Translations under genes and position numbers: made by a program
The notes under the pieces: model-generated
Told to the model about the DNA's origin: nothing
Seen by the model: the letters and a program-made list of their open reading frames with translations, nothing else
Database searches by the model: none
Origin: Candidatus Bathyarchaeota archaeon
GTDB lineage: Archaea; Thermoproteota; Bathyarchaeia; 40CM-2-53-6
DNA length: 64,000 nt
Assembly (NCBI GenBank): GCA_963833125.1
Contig: CAWHWX010000016.1
Coordinates: 96,001 to 160,000, forward strand
Direction of reading: 5' to 3'
Shown: positions 1 to 10,817 of the stretch, in pieces
How positions within the stretch are numbered: the stretch's first letter is position 1
Layout: each line of letters begins with the position of its first letter

Positions 1-1
1 C

Positions 2-262
2 ACAACGGAACGTGCGGAGTTAGCGGCGGTCCTCAAGGCGCTCGAGAAATGTGATGCCGCTCTCCTGAGGAAGCATGGAGTCGTTGTTGTCGGAAGGACC
101 CCCGAAGAAGGGTTGGAGACCGCGATAGTGCTCGAGGACATTGCCAACATGGCCGTCCACTCAATGATTCTTGCGAAACCTAGGGAGTTCACCAGAAAGG
201 AACTATCCTACTTGAAGGTCTTCAAACGAACGAGGTATGGACAGCATCCTTCTGCAAAATGA
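2..262 (+). CDS. Class II aldolase/adducin family (L-ribulose-5-P 4-epimerase/fuculose aldolase-like), 3' part only
   Basis: Own translation of frame 2: ...CDAALLRKHGVVVVGRTPEEGLETAIVLEDIA...RYGQ..., stop TGA at 260-262. LLxxHG metal motif and C-terminal YGQ are typical. Start lies outside the window. Confidence 0.8.
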   Translation, partial: TTERAELAAVLKALEKCDAALLRKHGVVVVGRTPEEGLETAIVLEDIANMAVHSMILAKPREFTRKELSYLKVFKRTRYGQHPSAK

Positions 263-287
263 CCCTTACCCTAGGGCATGAGTCAGT

Positions 288-1851
288 TTGAGCAATGACT
301 ATCTGGCCGCAATAGACGCGGGAACGGGCAGCGGTAGGTGTGTAATCTTTGACTCGGAGGGCACACAAGTTGCGATTGCTTCGAGGGAGTGGTCGCATCC
401 TACGATCCCGGCGTATCCTGGAGCTTTTGTGTTTGACACCGTGCGCAATTGGAAGCTTATTTGCGAATCAATTCACGAGGCGATTGATAGGGCTAAGATT
501 CGGCCCGATGAAATTCGTGGCATAAGCGCGACCAGCATGCGTGAGGGCATGGTGCTCTATGATGAGGTTGGCAGTAGAAATCTGGGCCTGCCCGAACGTC
601 GATTCGCGCGCGAAGAACGAAGTTGTCCAGATGATTAAGAAGGGTCTCGCTAAGAAGATCTACTTCAAGGCTGGGGACTGGCTCGCGATTACCTCGCCTC
701 CAAGATTCCTTTGGATAAAGAAACACGAGCCAGAGATCTTCAAGAAAACTGCAAAGATGACTATGATTAGCGACTGGATTCTTTACAGGCTGACAGAGAA
801 ATTTGCTACCGATCCTTCGATTGGCTCAAGCTCAAATCTGTTTCAACTCGAAAAAAGGACTTGGTCGGACGAAATCATCGACTGGTGTTCCCTACCTAGA
901 AGTATATTTCCGGACGTAAAGGAACCGGGAACAGTGCTAGGAGATGTCACGGCTGAGGCCGCCGCCGAGACAGGTTTCAAACTGGGAACCCCTGTAGTCG
1001 TAGGTGGGGGCGACACTCAGCTCGGTCTTATCGGTATATCCGCCGTTCAACCCTATGATTCCGCCACAATTGGCGGAACGTTCTGGCAACAAACGGTTGT
1101 CACAGACAAACCGATCATAGACCCGAAGATTCGATTGCGCACTCTTTGCCACGCAGTTCAAGGAATGTGGATGACAGAGGGAATAGGGTTCCTATGTGGA
1201 TTGACAATGAGATGGTTTAGGGACGCGTTTTGCGAACGAGAAAAGGAAATTGCGGCTCGGGAAGGAGTTGATGCATACTCTTTGCTGGAAAAAGAGGCCG
1301 AAAAAGCGGGTGCCTGGTTCGAACGGTGTCATCCCAATTTTCTCAGACATAATGAATGCTAGAAGGTGGATTCATGCCTCCCCTTCCTTTGTGCAATTCG
1401 ACATCAACCGACCCGAGGCATCTGGCAAGAAAGAGTGCGTCAGGGCGATTGAAGAGAGCGCGGCTTATGTGGCGTTGGGCCATCTGCAAATATTGCAAGC
1501 TCTCACCCATAGAAAAATGAAACAAGTTGTATTCTGCGGGGGGCATCGAAAGGCTTCCTGTGGCCCCAAATATTATCAGACGTATTTGGTATCACGGTCA
1601 AGGTTCCGATAATCAAGGAATCTACGGCCCTAGGCGCGGCAATTTGCGCGGGAGTGGGCGTCGGGATATTTCGGAACCTGAAAGAGACTGCGAAGAGCAT
1701 GGTCAAATGGGACCGGACCTTCGAGCCCAATCAGACCACCCATAGAGAATACGTGAAATTTTACGGCCGATGGTGCAAAGTGTACAAGAAGTCGTTAGGG
1801 ATGGTTGAAGAAGGTCTGGTGCAGCCGATGTTCAGGGCCGCCGGAACATAG
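288..1851 (+). CDS. lsrK: Autoinducer-2 kinase-like FGGY kinase (frameshifted in the assembly)
   Basis: Joined fragments give LsrK-specific motifs: IDAGTGSGR, SATSMREGMVLYD, IWACPNVDSRA, TMISDW, GGGDTQLG, GGTFWQQ, GLTMRWFRDAFC, PGSNGVIPIFSD, WIHASPSF. Indels near 570, 1310 and 1545. Confidence 0.85.
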
Positions 1852-1960
1852 ATCGAAGATCCTAGAATGAAACTCATACGCGAACTTGAAATTGACTTGG
1901 AATACGAAGCGGAGAATGGCTAAAGAACTAGCCTGCAACTATTGACCAGCTGAGAAAGAA

Positions 1961-2980
1961 ATGGCGACCATAACCGAAGTACAAGAAGTACCGCAAAACG
2001 ACTACGCAAAGTACGGCCTAACGAAGGATCTCTTACGTGAAATGCTCAGGAAGATGCTCATTATCAGAAAGTTCGAGGAGAAAGTCGAGGAACTATTCAT
2101 TGTCAAAGGGTTATTGATAGGCCCATCTCACCTGTACCTAGGCCAAGAGGCGATAGCGACAGGCGCAATGATGGCGCTTCAGCCCAACGATTTAACGGTA
2201 ACCACATATCGCGGCCACGGACACGCTCTTGCCAAAGATGTTCCGTCCAACCTCTGCATGGCGGAACTTTTCGGAAAATCAACGGGTAACTGCAAAGGGC
2301 TAGGCGGCTCCATGCACGTTGCAATCTACCCCAAAACGGGTTCCATTTACGCCACGGCTATAGTTGGTAGCGGAATACCCATCACCGCCGGGGTTGGGCT
2401 AGGCCTCAAACAAAAGAAGACAAAGCAGATTGCCGCCACATTCTTCGGCGACGGTGCTTGCAATACTGGCGCGTTCCATGAGGGTGTAAACCTCATCGCC
2501 CTTTGGAAGCTACCGGTTCTACTATTCTGCGAGAACAATCAGTACGGAATGTCCACCAATGTCAAGATGTCAGTTTCAAGCCCAAGCATCGCTGAGAGAG
2601 CCCGCTCCTACGGAATGGAAACGACGGTTGTCAATGGAAATGATGTTGTAGCGGTATACGCCGCAACCAAATCCGCTGCTGAAAAGGCCCGCAGAGACTC
2701 CACCCCAACGTTCCTTGAATGCCTAACTTACAAGATGAAAGGTCACGGAGTCTATGACAAGGGAGAATATCGTCCCAAGGAAGAAGTCGCGAAATGGCTC
2801 GAACGCGATCCTATTCTTACATTCAAGAAACGGCTCCTAGACCAGAAGATCATGACAAAGGCAGAACTTGAACAACTCGACGCGACAACACAACAAGAAA
2901 TCGAGGACTCGGTTAAATTCGCCATGCAAGGTTCACCTTTACCTTTCGACGAGATCGGAAACTACGTTTACGCAAAGTGA
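1961..2980 (+). CDS. TPP-dependent 2-oxoacid/acetoin dehydrogenase E1 alpha
   Basis: HLYLGQEA, YRGHGH, GLGGSMH and the GDGA..N...ENN TPP motif. Confidence 0.9.
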   Translation: MATITEVQEVPQNDYAKYGLTKDLLREMLRKMLIIRKFEEKVEELFIVKGLLIGPSHLYLGQEAIATGAMMALQPNDLTVTTYRGHGHALAKDVPSNLCMAELFGKSTGNCKGLGGSMHVAIYPKTGSIYATAIVGSGIPITAGVGLGLKQKKTKQIAATFFGDGACNTGAFHEGVNLIALWKLPVLLFCENNQYGMSTNVKMSVSSPSIAERARSYGMETTVVNGNDVVAVYAATKSAAEKARRDSTPTFLECLTYKMKGHGVYDKGEYRPKEEVAKWLERDPILTFKKRLLDQKIMTKAELEQLDATTQQEIEDSVKFAMQGSPLPFDEIGNYVYAK

Positions 2981-2985
2981 TACCA

Positions 2986-3964
2986 ATGAAAGAACTCACT
3001 TATGCTGACGCACTCCGTGAAGCGCTGCGCGAAGAAATGATCCGTGATCCGAACGTGATACTTCTCGGGGAAGAAATCGGCGTCTTCAACGGGGTCTACA
3101 AGGTTACTAGAGGTTTGCTCGACGAATTCGGGCCTGAACGTGTTAGGGATACTCCAATCTCAGAAGCAGCCATCACTGGGGCGGCAGTGGGTTTGGCGTT
3201 GGCTGGCATGAGGCCCGTAGCCGAAATCATGTACATGGATTTCCTCCCCATATGCATGGATCAGTTGTCTACCCAAGCTGCAAAAATGCGCTTCATGAGT
3301 GGAGGCCAACTCCAGGTACCCATGGTCTTGAGAACCCAATACAGCCTCGGCCGACAACATGGATCACAGCACTCACAATTCACGCCCGCTTGGTTTCTGC
3401 AGGCACCAGGATTGAAGGTAGCATTGCCCGCTGATCCAAGCGACGCTAAAGGCCTACTGAAGTCAGCAATACGAGATCCCAACCCAGTCCTCTTCGTAGA
3501 GAGTGGCCTACTCTACCGAACCAAAGGACCAGTACCCGAAGAAGAATACCTAACCCCTCTCGGACAAGCAGCCGTGAAGAAGAAGGGGGACGATGTCACA
3601 ATTGTAGGAGTTTCAAGAATGGTTAATGAATCTCTCGCAGCCGCGAAAAAACTTGAAGATAATGGCGTCTCAGCTGAAGTCATAGATGTGAGAACAATCC
3701 AACCGCTCGACCTTGATACAATCGTCGAGTCAGTTAAACGAACTTCCAGGCTGGTTATCGCATCCGATGATGTAAAGAGAGGTGGCGTGGGAGCCGAGAT
3801 CTCAGCCTCAGTCACAGAGGCGGCCTTCGACTACTTAGACGCACCAATTACACGGGTCGCATGCCCGGACATGCCAATACCATTCTCACCCACCCCTCGA
3901 GCAGCAGTATATGCCCAACGCAGCGAGCGTAGTCCAAGCCGTCCAAACCATATTGGGCAAGTGA
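2986..3964 (+). CDS. 2-oxoacid/acetoin dehydrogenase E1 beta (one frameshift near 3892)
   Basis: DTPISE, RPVAEIMYMDF, QHSQ, DYLDAPI. The C-terminus LEQQYMPNAASVVQAVQTILGK* lies in another frame. Confidence 0.9.
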
Positions 3965-3970
3965 TTCATC

Positions 3971-5137
3971 TTGACGCAAGTTGTGATGCCGCGTCTCGAT
4001 CCTGGAATGCAATCAGGCAAGATAGTTGAATGGCTGAAGAAGGAGGGCGAGTTGGTTAGAAAAGGCGAGCCCATACTCGTCGTAGAAGGAGAGAAAACCA
4101 CATTCGAAGTTGAAGCTCCAGACAGCGGCCCCTTAACCAAAATTCTAGCGAGCATCGGGACAGATGTCCAAGTTGCCGAACCAATCGCAATCATCGGAGA
4201 AGCCGGATCGGCAACACCCCAATCAGTACCAAACGAGAAAACTGAGCAAGAGCGACCACAGCAACCTTCTGACTGTCCCTGCCTCCGGAACTCCGTCGGA
4301 TCGGGTAATTGCATCTCCCGCAGCACGGCGTTTAGCCCAAGAATACGGCCTCGACCTAACCTCCCTAAAGGGAACTGGCCCAGGTGGCCGAATAACGCGA
4401 GAAGATATCCTCGCAGCAAAACAAAGCACACCAGCATCGCAGTCTACCCAAATCCTCTCAAAGATGCCTCAACCCGCCGTTCTAAAGAGAACGAAACTCG
4501 CAGGGATCAGAAAGGCTGTAGCCGAAAGACTTTCGTTCAGTGCGCGAACAGTCGTCCCAGTCACGATTACCATCGAAGCAGACGCCACGAAACTATTGGC
4601 GATGAAAGAGCAGAGCCACGTTGGGTTCTCAGCTCTCGGAGTAAAAGCAGCTGCAAAAGCATTGGGTGACCATACCGATGTTAACTCAACAATAGAAGGC
4701 GACGAAATTACAAATTACTCTGACGTAAACGTCGCCGTAGCCATACACACCGAACAAGGCCTAGTTGCACCTGTAATCAGGAATGCAAACAAACTATCTC
4801 TGAAGGAGATTAGCTCAACGATTGAAGAGCTCGCCAAGAAAGCTGCCGAGAATCGCCTAACAATTGAGAACTTGACTGGCGGAACATTCACGGTAACCAA
4901 CCTCGGCGCATTCGACGTCGAATCGTTCGCACCCGTCATCAACCCTCCTCAATGCGCAATTCTTGGTCTGGGCCGAATCGCCTACAAACCATTCGCCAAC
5001 GGAAGTCAGGTATCCGCGCTAGACCATCAACCCTACTAACACTAGTTTTCGATCATCGAATTATCGATGGTGTCCCGGCGGCTAAGTTCCTAAGGGACCT
5101 GAAACGTAATCTTGAGGAACCGGAAGGCCTGCTCTAA
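3971..5137 (+). CDS. Dihydrolipoamide acyltransferase E2 (frameshifts near 4250 and 5025)
   Basis: Lipoyl domain VEGEKTTFEV, subunit-binding domain ASPAARRLA...GTGPGGRITRED, GGTFTVTNLG, catalytic FDHRIIDG. Confidence 0.9.
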
Positions 5138-5177
5138 CTCCAACCTTCGATCGACGGATTATCGAGTATCTAGAAGC

Positions 5178-6237
5178 CTACTTTGTTGGCGGACGCAAGG
5201 CTATCTTCAATGCCTTTCCGCTTCCCATCAACTGAAGAGCTTCCTCAGCCCGATCAAGAGGCATCTCGTGGGAGATTAGCGGTTTTATGGATACCCGCCC
5301 CGACACGATCAATCGGAAGGCCCGTTCAACTGAGGAAGGTGTATGGTGGAACGCTCCTTGAACGTGCAATTCGCCATAGTGTATCCTCTCCGCTTCGAAT
5401 GAAGCCATCGTCCCTGACGGGCATCCGCCAAAGAGGAGGATTGTCCCGCCCTTTCGTGCTAGACCCGGAGCCGCGTCCCAAGTTTCACGTCGGCCGACCG
5501 CTTCCACGACCATATCAGCTCCTCTCCCGTCAGTTAGCTCACGGACCCTTGCTACGAGATCCTCAGTTGACGAGTTTATCGTTACATCCACTCCAACTCC
5601 CTTAGCCTCCTTCAACCGGTCTTCCACGAGATCACACAATGCCACCTGACGTGCACCGTTGAGCCGCGCGAGTTGGGCATGTAACAGACCTATCGGGCCA
5701 CCACCGATGATTACGACAGTTGCTCCGGCAGGTAGGTCCTTAGTAAGGTCCCACCGTGAACGACGCAAGCCAAAGGTTCTAGACTGGCCACAGTCTCGAG
5801 TGGCACGCCCTCCGGCACCTGAAATGTATTCTGCCGAACTATTTTTTCTGGAACTCGAATATATTCAGCGTACGTCCCTGGCCAAGTGAACCCAATTATG
5901 CTGTCATTCAAATGCTCGCACAGATTCGGTTGGTGCAAGAGGCAGTAGAAGCATCGATTGCAAGGGGCTGCGTTCGCAGCAACCACTTTCATCCCAACGC
6001 TAAAGTTTGTGACCTCTTTGCCGAGGGCGGAAACGGTTCCGGCGAATTCATGTCCCATTATCTGGGGCGGTTTTGCGAGTAGGTGCCCGCGTTTGTACAT
6101 CTTAACATCTGTGCCGCATGTCAAAGCGACGGCGCTTTTCACAATCAATTCTCCCGGTTCAGGTTCAGGCACAGAGACTGTTCCACTTTGAGATTACCGG
6201 GTTCGTAGAACCTAACTGCGAGCATTGTGTTTGCCAT
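5178..6237 (-). CDS. Zn-dependent MDR alcohol/polyol dehydrogenase (frameshifted)
   Basis: CGTD, GHE, CxxCxxC...C, EPLAC, GGGPIG. Start MANTMLAVRFYEPG at 6237. Confidence 0.85.
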
Positions 6238-6308
6238 GAATTGATTCTTAACCTCCTCTGGTTAGTTGATATTTAGCTCCGCTGCAACTGACTGGGCTTC
6301 GCAGTCTC

Positions 6309-7332
6309 TCATTCGTTCTCAACCATTATCTTAACCGCTTCCCCCGCATTCTCCAAGGCGAAGCGGCTATTGTTCGAGCGAGCGGGAACCTGTCCGTAAT
6401 GACCTCTGATGGTCTAACTCGTTTACTCTCGATCAGTTGCATTGCCATTCGCATTTCAGTTTCGGATGTGGAGTAGCTCGACTGAAACCGTACTTCTCGG
6501 AGAAACATCTTACTCATATCCAGTGACATCGTCGTGCCTCGTGTTGGTGCGCCGAACAGAAGGACTGTTCCTCCTTTACGAACCGTGGCAAACGCTGATT
6601 CTAGCGCTTTCAAGTTGGCGGTTGCGACAATCGTGTAATCAACCCCGAGGCCTCCGGTTAATAGGGAAATTGTCTTAGGGGCGTCGTCGGTTGTTGGATC
6701 GAATGATAAATCGGCGCCTAACTTGGTCGCGAAATGTCTACGTTGCTTAATCACATCAATAGCGTATACGGGTCCGGCCCCGAAGCATTTCAGGAGTTGT
6801 ACATGAGTCAGACCAACTGGACCCAGACCATATATCGCGACACTGTTACCCACAGAAACGCCAACCTTACGAAGTGCTCGGATGCAACATGCTGTGGGCT
6901 CTGCCTGTGAGCCTTCCTCGAAACTCATGGAATCAGGCAACTTGTACACCGTTCCCCCGTTCACTAGCGCCTTTGGAACCCTGAAATATTCCGCGAACCG
7001 CAAGGATCGAGATTGCTTTTCGGATATTCTTCGCAAAGCGTTTCGAGGCCGTTCTTGCAAAAGTAGCAGTGGCGGCATGACACATGATGGTGTACGACGA
7101 CTCGGTCGCCGACAGCAAAGTCTTTGATTTGTGTTCCGGCTTTGTGTATTACTCCAGATACCTCATGTCCAAGGATGGGAGGAGTAATGTGTTCTCCATG
7201 AACCTTCTCCACATCAGTCCCGCAGATCCCACACGCTCGCATAGCCACGAGTATCTCGTCGGGATTAATCTCAGGCGTAGGGAGGTTCTGAATCTGAACC
7301 GTTCCATTCTCTTGGATGATTACGGCTTGCAC
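6309..7332 (-). CDS. Zn-dependent MDR dehydrogenase (L-iditol/threonine dehydrogenase-like; frameshifted)
   Basis: CGICGTD, LGHE, CRHCYFC...C, EPTACC, GLGPVG. C-terminus ...EAVKIMVENE*. Confidence 0.85.
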
Positions 7333-7490
7333 CGCTCAACCCTACCAAACATGTTCAAGACTCTAGGGCTGAGTCTTATGAAGTAGGGACATATTTCAGA
7401 GACTCGATTAGCGATTACTGGTATCGAGCAGCCCAAGTAGTTCCACAAGATTCAAGGGTTAGAGGGACAGGTTGCCGAACTCGTTGCGTC

Positions 7491-7583
7491 GGGCTCGTGG
7501 TCCAGCCTGGTTAAGACGTCGCCCTCACATCTCCTAGGTGAGACCGGCGAAGATCCCCGGTTCAAATCCGGGCGGGCCCACCA
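7491..7583 (+). tRNA. tRNA-Val(CAC) with canonical 37/38 intron (7530-7544) and encoded CCA
   Basis: Acceptor GGGCTCG/CGGGCCC; anticodon stem TCGCC/GGCGA; anticodon CAC at 7526-7528; T-arm CCCGG-TTCAAAT-CCGGG. Intron TCTCCTAGGTGAGAC forms a BHB motif (CTCA pairs with TGAG, 3-nt bulges CAT and ACC). Confidence 0.95.
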
Positions 7584-7705
7584 CCCCACCACTCAAACAT
7601 TTCATCTATCCTAGCCAGCCACGTCGCATTGTGTTCGCCGGATCGGGTAGCCTCTAAATATGAGCAGGCTATGAAACATGAGTAACCGGTCAAGAGGTAA
7701 AACCA

Positions 7706-7984
7706 TTGAAGTCTAACATGAAAATGCTTGTTTACGCCGTTGTGGCGGGTGTCGTACTCACTCTGTTAACCGGCCTAATTGGTAACACCCCCGAGATCGG
7801 GGGTCAGCCGTTGATGGGGGCGGTTTACTTCGGGTATCCATTCGCCTGGTTGGAGATGCTCGTCGTGGCTCCTCAGTATTTCCCATGGGTCGTCCGTCCC
7901 TTGCGATTAATCCTTGACATCGTCGTCTGGACGGTTGTAGTCTGGGTTATCCTCTTCGTCGTGTCGAAGGCTAAGAAGAAGTAA
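7706..7984 (+). CDS. Small membrane protein (2 TM segments, GYPFAW motif)
   Basis: Hydrophobic helices at both ends, GAGG upstream, Lys-rich C-terminus. Confidence 0.7.
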   Translation: MKSNMKMLVYAVVAGVVLTLLTGLIGNTPEIGGQPLMGAVYFGYPFAWLEMLVVAPQYFPWVVRPLRLILDIVVWTVVVWVILFVVSKAKKK

Positions 7985-8010
7985 CCGCCAAGCTATGGAT
8001 TCCTTGCAGT

Positions 8011-10677
8011 TCAGCTTAGCTTAAGCTCTGCAAAAACGTTCTCCTGTTCTCTCCGGATGGAGCAGCCAAGTTTTTCGCAGAGTCGGATCATCCTGAGATT
8101 CTCAGCCATCACTGTACCGTAGATCGATTCAATTCCCTTCTCCTTAGCGAATTCAATTAGCATATCGACTAACTTGACACCGAGACCCTTTCCCTGATAT
8201 TTGTCGGCAACCACGACTGCGAATTCTCCCCGTTTCTTATTGGGTTCGAGAATTAATCGGCTCACTCCGATCTCAAAAGTTCGGTTTCCTTCTCGGGTTT
8301 CGGCGATGATTGCCATCTCCCTGTCGTAGTCGATGTTGCAGAAACGGACGAGGGCCTCATGTGGGAGGTCCTTGATTATTTGGAAAAATCTGAATCGGCT
8401 CGTTTCCGTAGACAAGCCTCTTATGAATTCTAACTCTATGGGTTCGTCTTCCGGTTTTATGGGCCTTAGAGTAACTTCGGTCCCATCTTTCATTCTCCAG
8501 GGCATGACATATTTTGACGGGTAAGGAGTGATTACCAGATGGGGGTAGGGTTCGGTATGGTCGAGAGCGCGGGGATCAATAATCATCCTTGCGTCGAGAA
8601 CGGAGAATTCACCCTTGGAGGCGATGAGTGGGTTGATGTCCATCTCAGCGATTTCAGGGAAGTCAACGATTAGATTGGAGAAGCGTACCATGATCTCTTC
8701 GAGGGGTCGTATGTCGACAGGTTTCTTGTTCCGTAGACCTTTCGTAAGTGCTTTGAATATCTTTGTTTCTTCCATGATGCGATGTGCGAGAATCTGATTT
8801 AGCGGCGCGAGTCCGATCGATACATCGTTAATGAGTTCAACTCCTGTCCCGCCCATTCCAAATAGAATCACAGATCCAAAATCCTTGTCCTTTTTCGCGC
8901 CTAGGATGAGTTCGTAGTCGATCTCAGATGCCATTTTTTGCACATAGATACCGTCGATTTTAGCTTCAGGATACGCTTTGTGGGCTCTATCGATAATGGC
9001 CTTGTACGCATCCTTGACCGCTTGAGCTGACTCCATGCGGATAACGACTCCACCAATGTCCGTTTTGTGAAGAATGTCTTCAGACGAGATTTTCAACGCT
9101 ACTGGGTAACCAATGTCTAACGCGATCATTGCCGCTTGGTCTGCACTTTTACTCAACGCGCCCTTCGCTCTCGGGATTGCATAAGCATCGAGGAATCGGT
9201 CAACTTCAGATTGATTGAGGGCTTTTCGCGTCTTCGCTGCCTTGCGAATCAGTACTTTGAGATGGCTCTTTGGCGGAGAGAAGTCCACGCGTAATTCTTG
9301 TGGGGTTTGGTAGAGCTGATCGAGGTTTCTTCGGTATTGGTACATGTACGTGTAGGTCTTTATCGCTTCTTCAGGCGTTGAGTAAGTCGGTATGTCGTTT
9401 CGGTGGAATATTTCGCGACTTTCCCTAACGCTGCTCTCGCCCATCCAGACCGTAAGCATTGGCTTGCGTCTGTCCGCGGCGATTTTCGTAACGGCTTCGG
9501 CGAGCTGCGTGGGTTGAGTCGTTCCTTGGGGAGTGTAGATTACAAGGAGCCCATCAACATTCGGATCCGCAATGCAGGTCTTCACTGCGAGTTCATACCG
9601 AGAGACGTCAGCGTCCCCTAGTATGTCGAGTGGGTTTCCTCGGCTCCAGTATGGAGGAAGGGCTCCATTCAGTATTTTCATGGACTCGTCAGACAATTGC
9701 GCTAATTGGCCACCATGAGTGACAATTGAATCAGCTGCTAAGACCGCGGGTCCTCCGGCGTTGGTGACGATGGCTAAGTTCGGTCCCGCTGGCAGAAACC
9801 TTGAGTCTAGGACGGTGGCGCAATTGAAGAGGTCTCCAATCTCGTCGACCATCACAACGCCGGCTCTCTTGAAGGCGGCCTCGTAGACTGCGAAGTCACC
9901 CGCCAGTGCGCCTGTATGTGATGATGCTGCCTTTGCGCCCGCAGAGTTTCTTCCCGCCTTGATTACAATAATGGGTTTTGTGCGTGCAAAGCCTCTGGCC
10001 GAACTCATGAACTTCTTAGCATTTCCGACGCCTTCCATGTAGATGATGATGCTCCTAGTGTTTGGGTCCTCGCCAAGATAATCGATCATATCCCCATAAT
10101 CGATGTCTAGGGTCGATCCTAGCGAAGCAAAAATGCTGAAGCCTATGCCCGTGCTTACAGCCCAGTTGACTATCGCTGATCCCAATGCTCCGCTCTGTGA
10201 GATGAATGCAATTTGGCCAGGTTGAGGGTTGTCTCGGAGGAATGTGGCATTGAGGGCTACTTGTGGCCTCGCCACTCCCACACAGTTTGGTCCTAGAATC
10301 CGAATGTCGTGCATCGATTGAATTTGCTTAATCTCGCTCTCTAGTTTGGCGCCTTCAGCTCCGATCTCTCGGAACCCGGCCGAAATGATGACGGTGCCGT
10401 CCACGCCAGCTTTCGCGCACTCCGCTACTATGGACGGTACAGTCCTTGCCGGCGTAGCGATTACAGCCAGATCGACGTGTTCTGGTATCTTGGATATCGA
10501 TGGGTAACACTTCAATCCCAAGACGGTATCCTTGTTTATGTTCACTGGGTAGATTTTCCTGCGATCCTTCCCCAATAGTAGGTTTCTCGTCAGAGATTGA
10601 CCGATCGATCCCTCGCTCTCAGAAGCCCCGATTATAGCAACGACTTTGGGGTTCAGCATTTTCTCGATACTGGCCAT
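8011..10677 (-). CDS. ADP-forming acyl-CoA synthetase (alpha+beta)-GNAT fusion (Pat/PatZ-like)
   Basis: IIGAS, GPNCVG, SQSGA, SHTGALAG, TNAGG, NPLD, ATP-grasp GYPVALK...HKTDIGGV, DINP, C-terminal GNAT (QGKGLG). Confidence 0.9.
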   Translation of the reverse strand: MASIEKMLNPKVVAIIGASESEGSIGQSLTRNLLLGKDRRKIYPVNINKDTVLGLKCYPSISKIPEHVDLAVIATPARTVPSIVAECAKAGVDGTVIISAGFREIGAEGAKLESEIKQIQSMHDIRILGPNCVGVARPQVALNATFLRDNPQPGQIAFISQSGALGSAIVNWAVSTGIGFSIFASLGSTLDIDYGDMIDYLGEDPNTRSIIIYMEGVGNAKKFMSSARGFARTKPIIVIKAGRNSAGAKAASSHTGALAGDFAVYEAAFKRAGVVMVDEIGDLFNCATVLDSRFLPAGPNLAIVTNAGGPAVLAADSIVTHGGQLAQLSDESMKILNGALPPYWSRGNPLDILGDADVSRYELAVKTCIADPNVDGLLVIYTPQGTTQPTQLAEAVTKIAADRRKPMLTVWMGESSVRESREIFHRNDIPTYSTPEEAIKTYTYMYQYRRNLDQLYQTPQELRVDFSPPKSHLKVLIRKAAKTRKALNQSEVDRFLDAYAIPRAKGALSKSADQAAMIALDIGYPVALKISSEDILHKTDIGGVVIRMESAQAVKDAYKAIIDRAHKAYPEAKIDGIYVQKMASEIDYELILGAKKDKDFGSVILFGMGGTGVELINDVSIGLAPLNQILAHRIMEETKIFKALTKGLRNKKPVDIRPLEEIMVRFSNLIVDFPEIAEMDINPLIASKGEFSVLDARMIIDPRALDHTEPYPHLVITPYPSKYVMPWRMKDGTEVTLRPIKPEDEPIELEFIRGLSTETSRFRFFQIIKDLPHEALVRFCNIDYDREMAIIAETREGNRTFEIGVSRLILEPNKKRGEFAVVVADKYQGKGLGVKLVDMLIEFAKEKGIESIYGTVMAENLRMIRLCEKLGCSIRREQENVFAELKLS

Positions 10678-10817
10678 TGTCAACTCGTCTGATTCTGAGC
10701 TTACGGCTAGTGATAAACGGGTTATCGATGGTTCCTGACTATGACAATTTGAATTGGGGACGATTTGGAACCGAAACTTTCACACATAAGCGAATCCGTG
10801 CCTTTTCTGACATTTGG

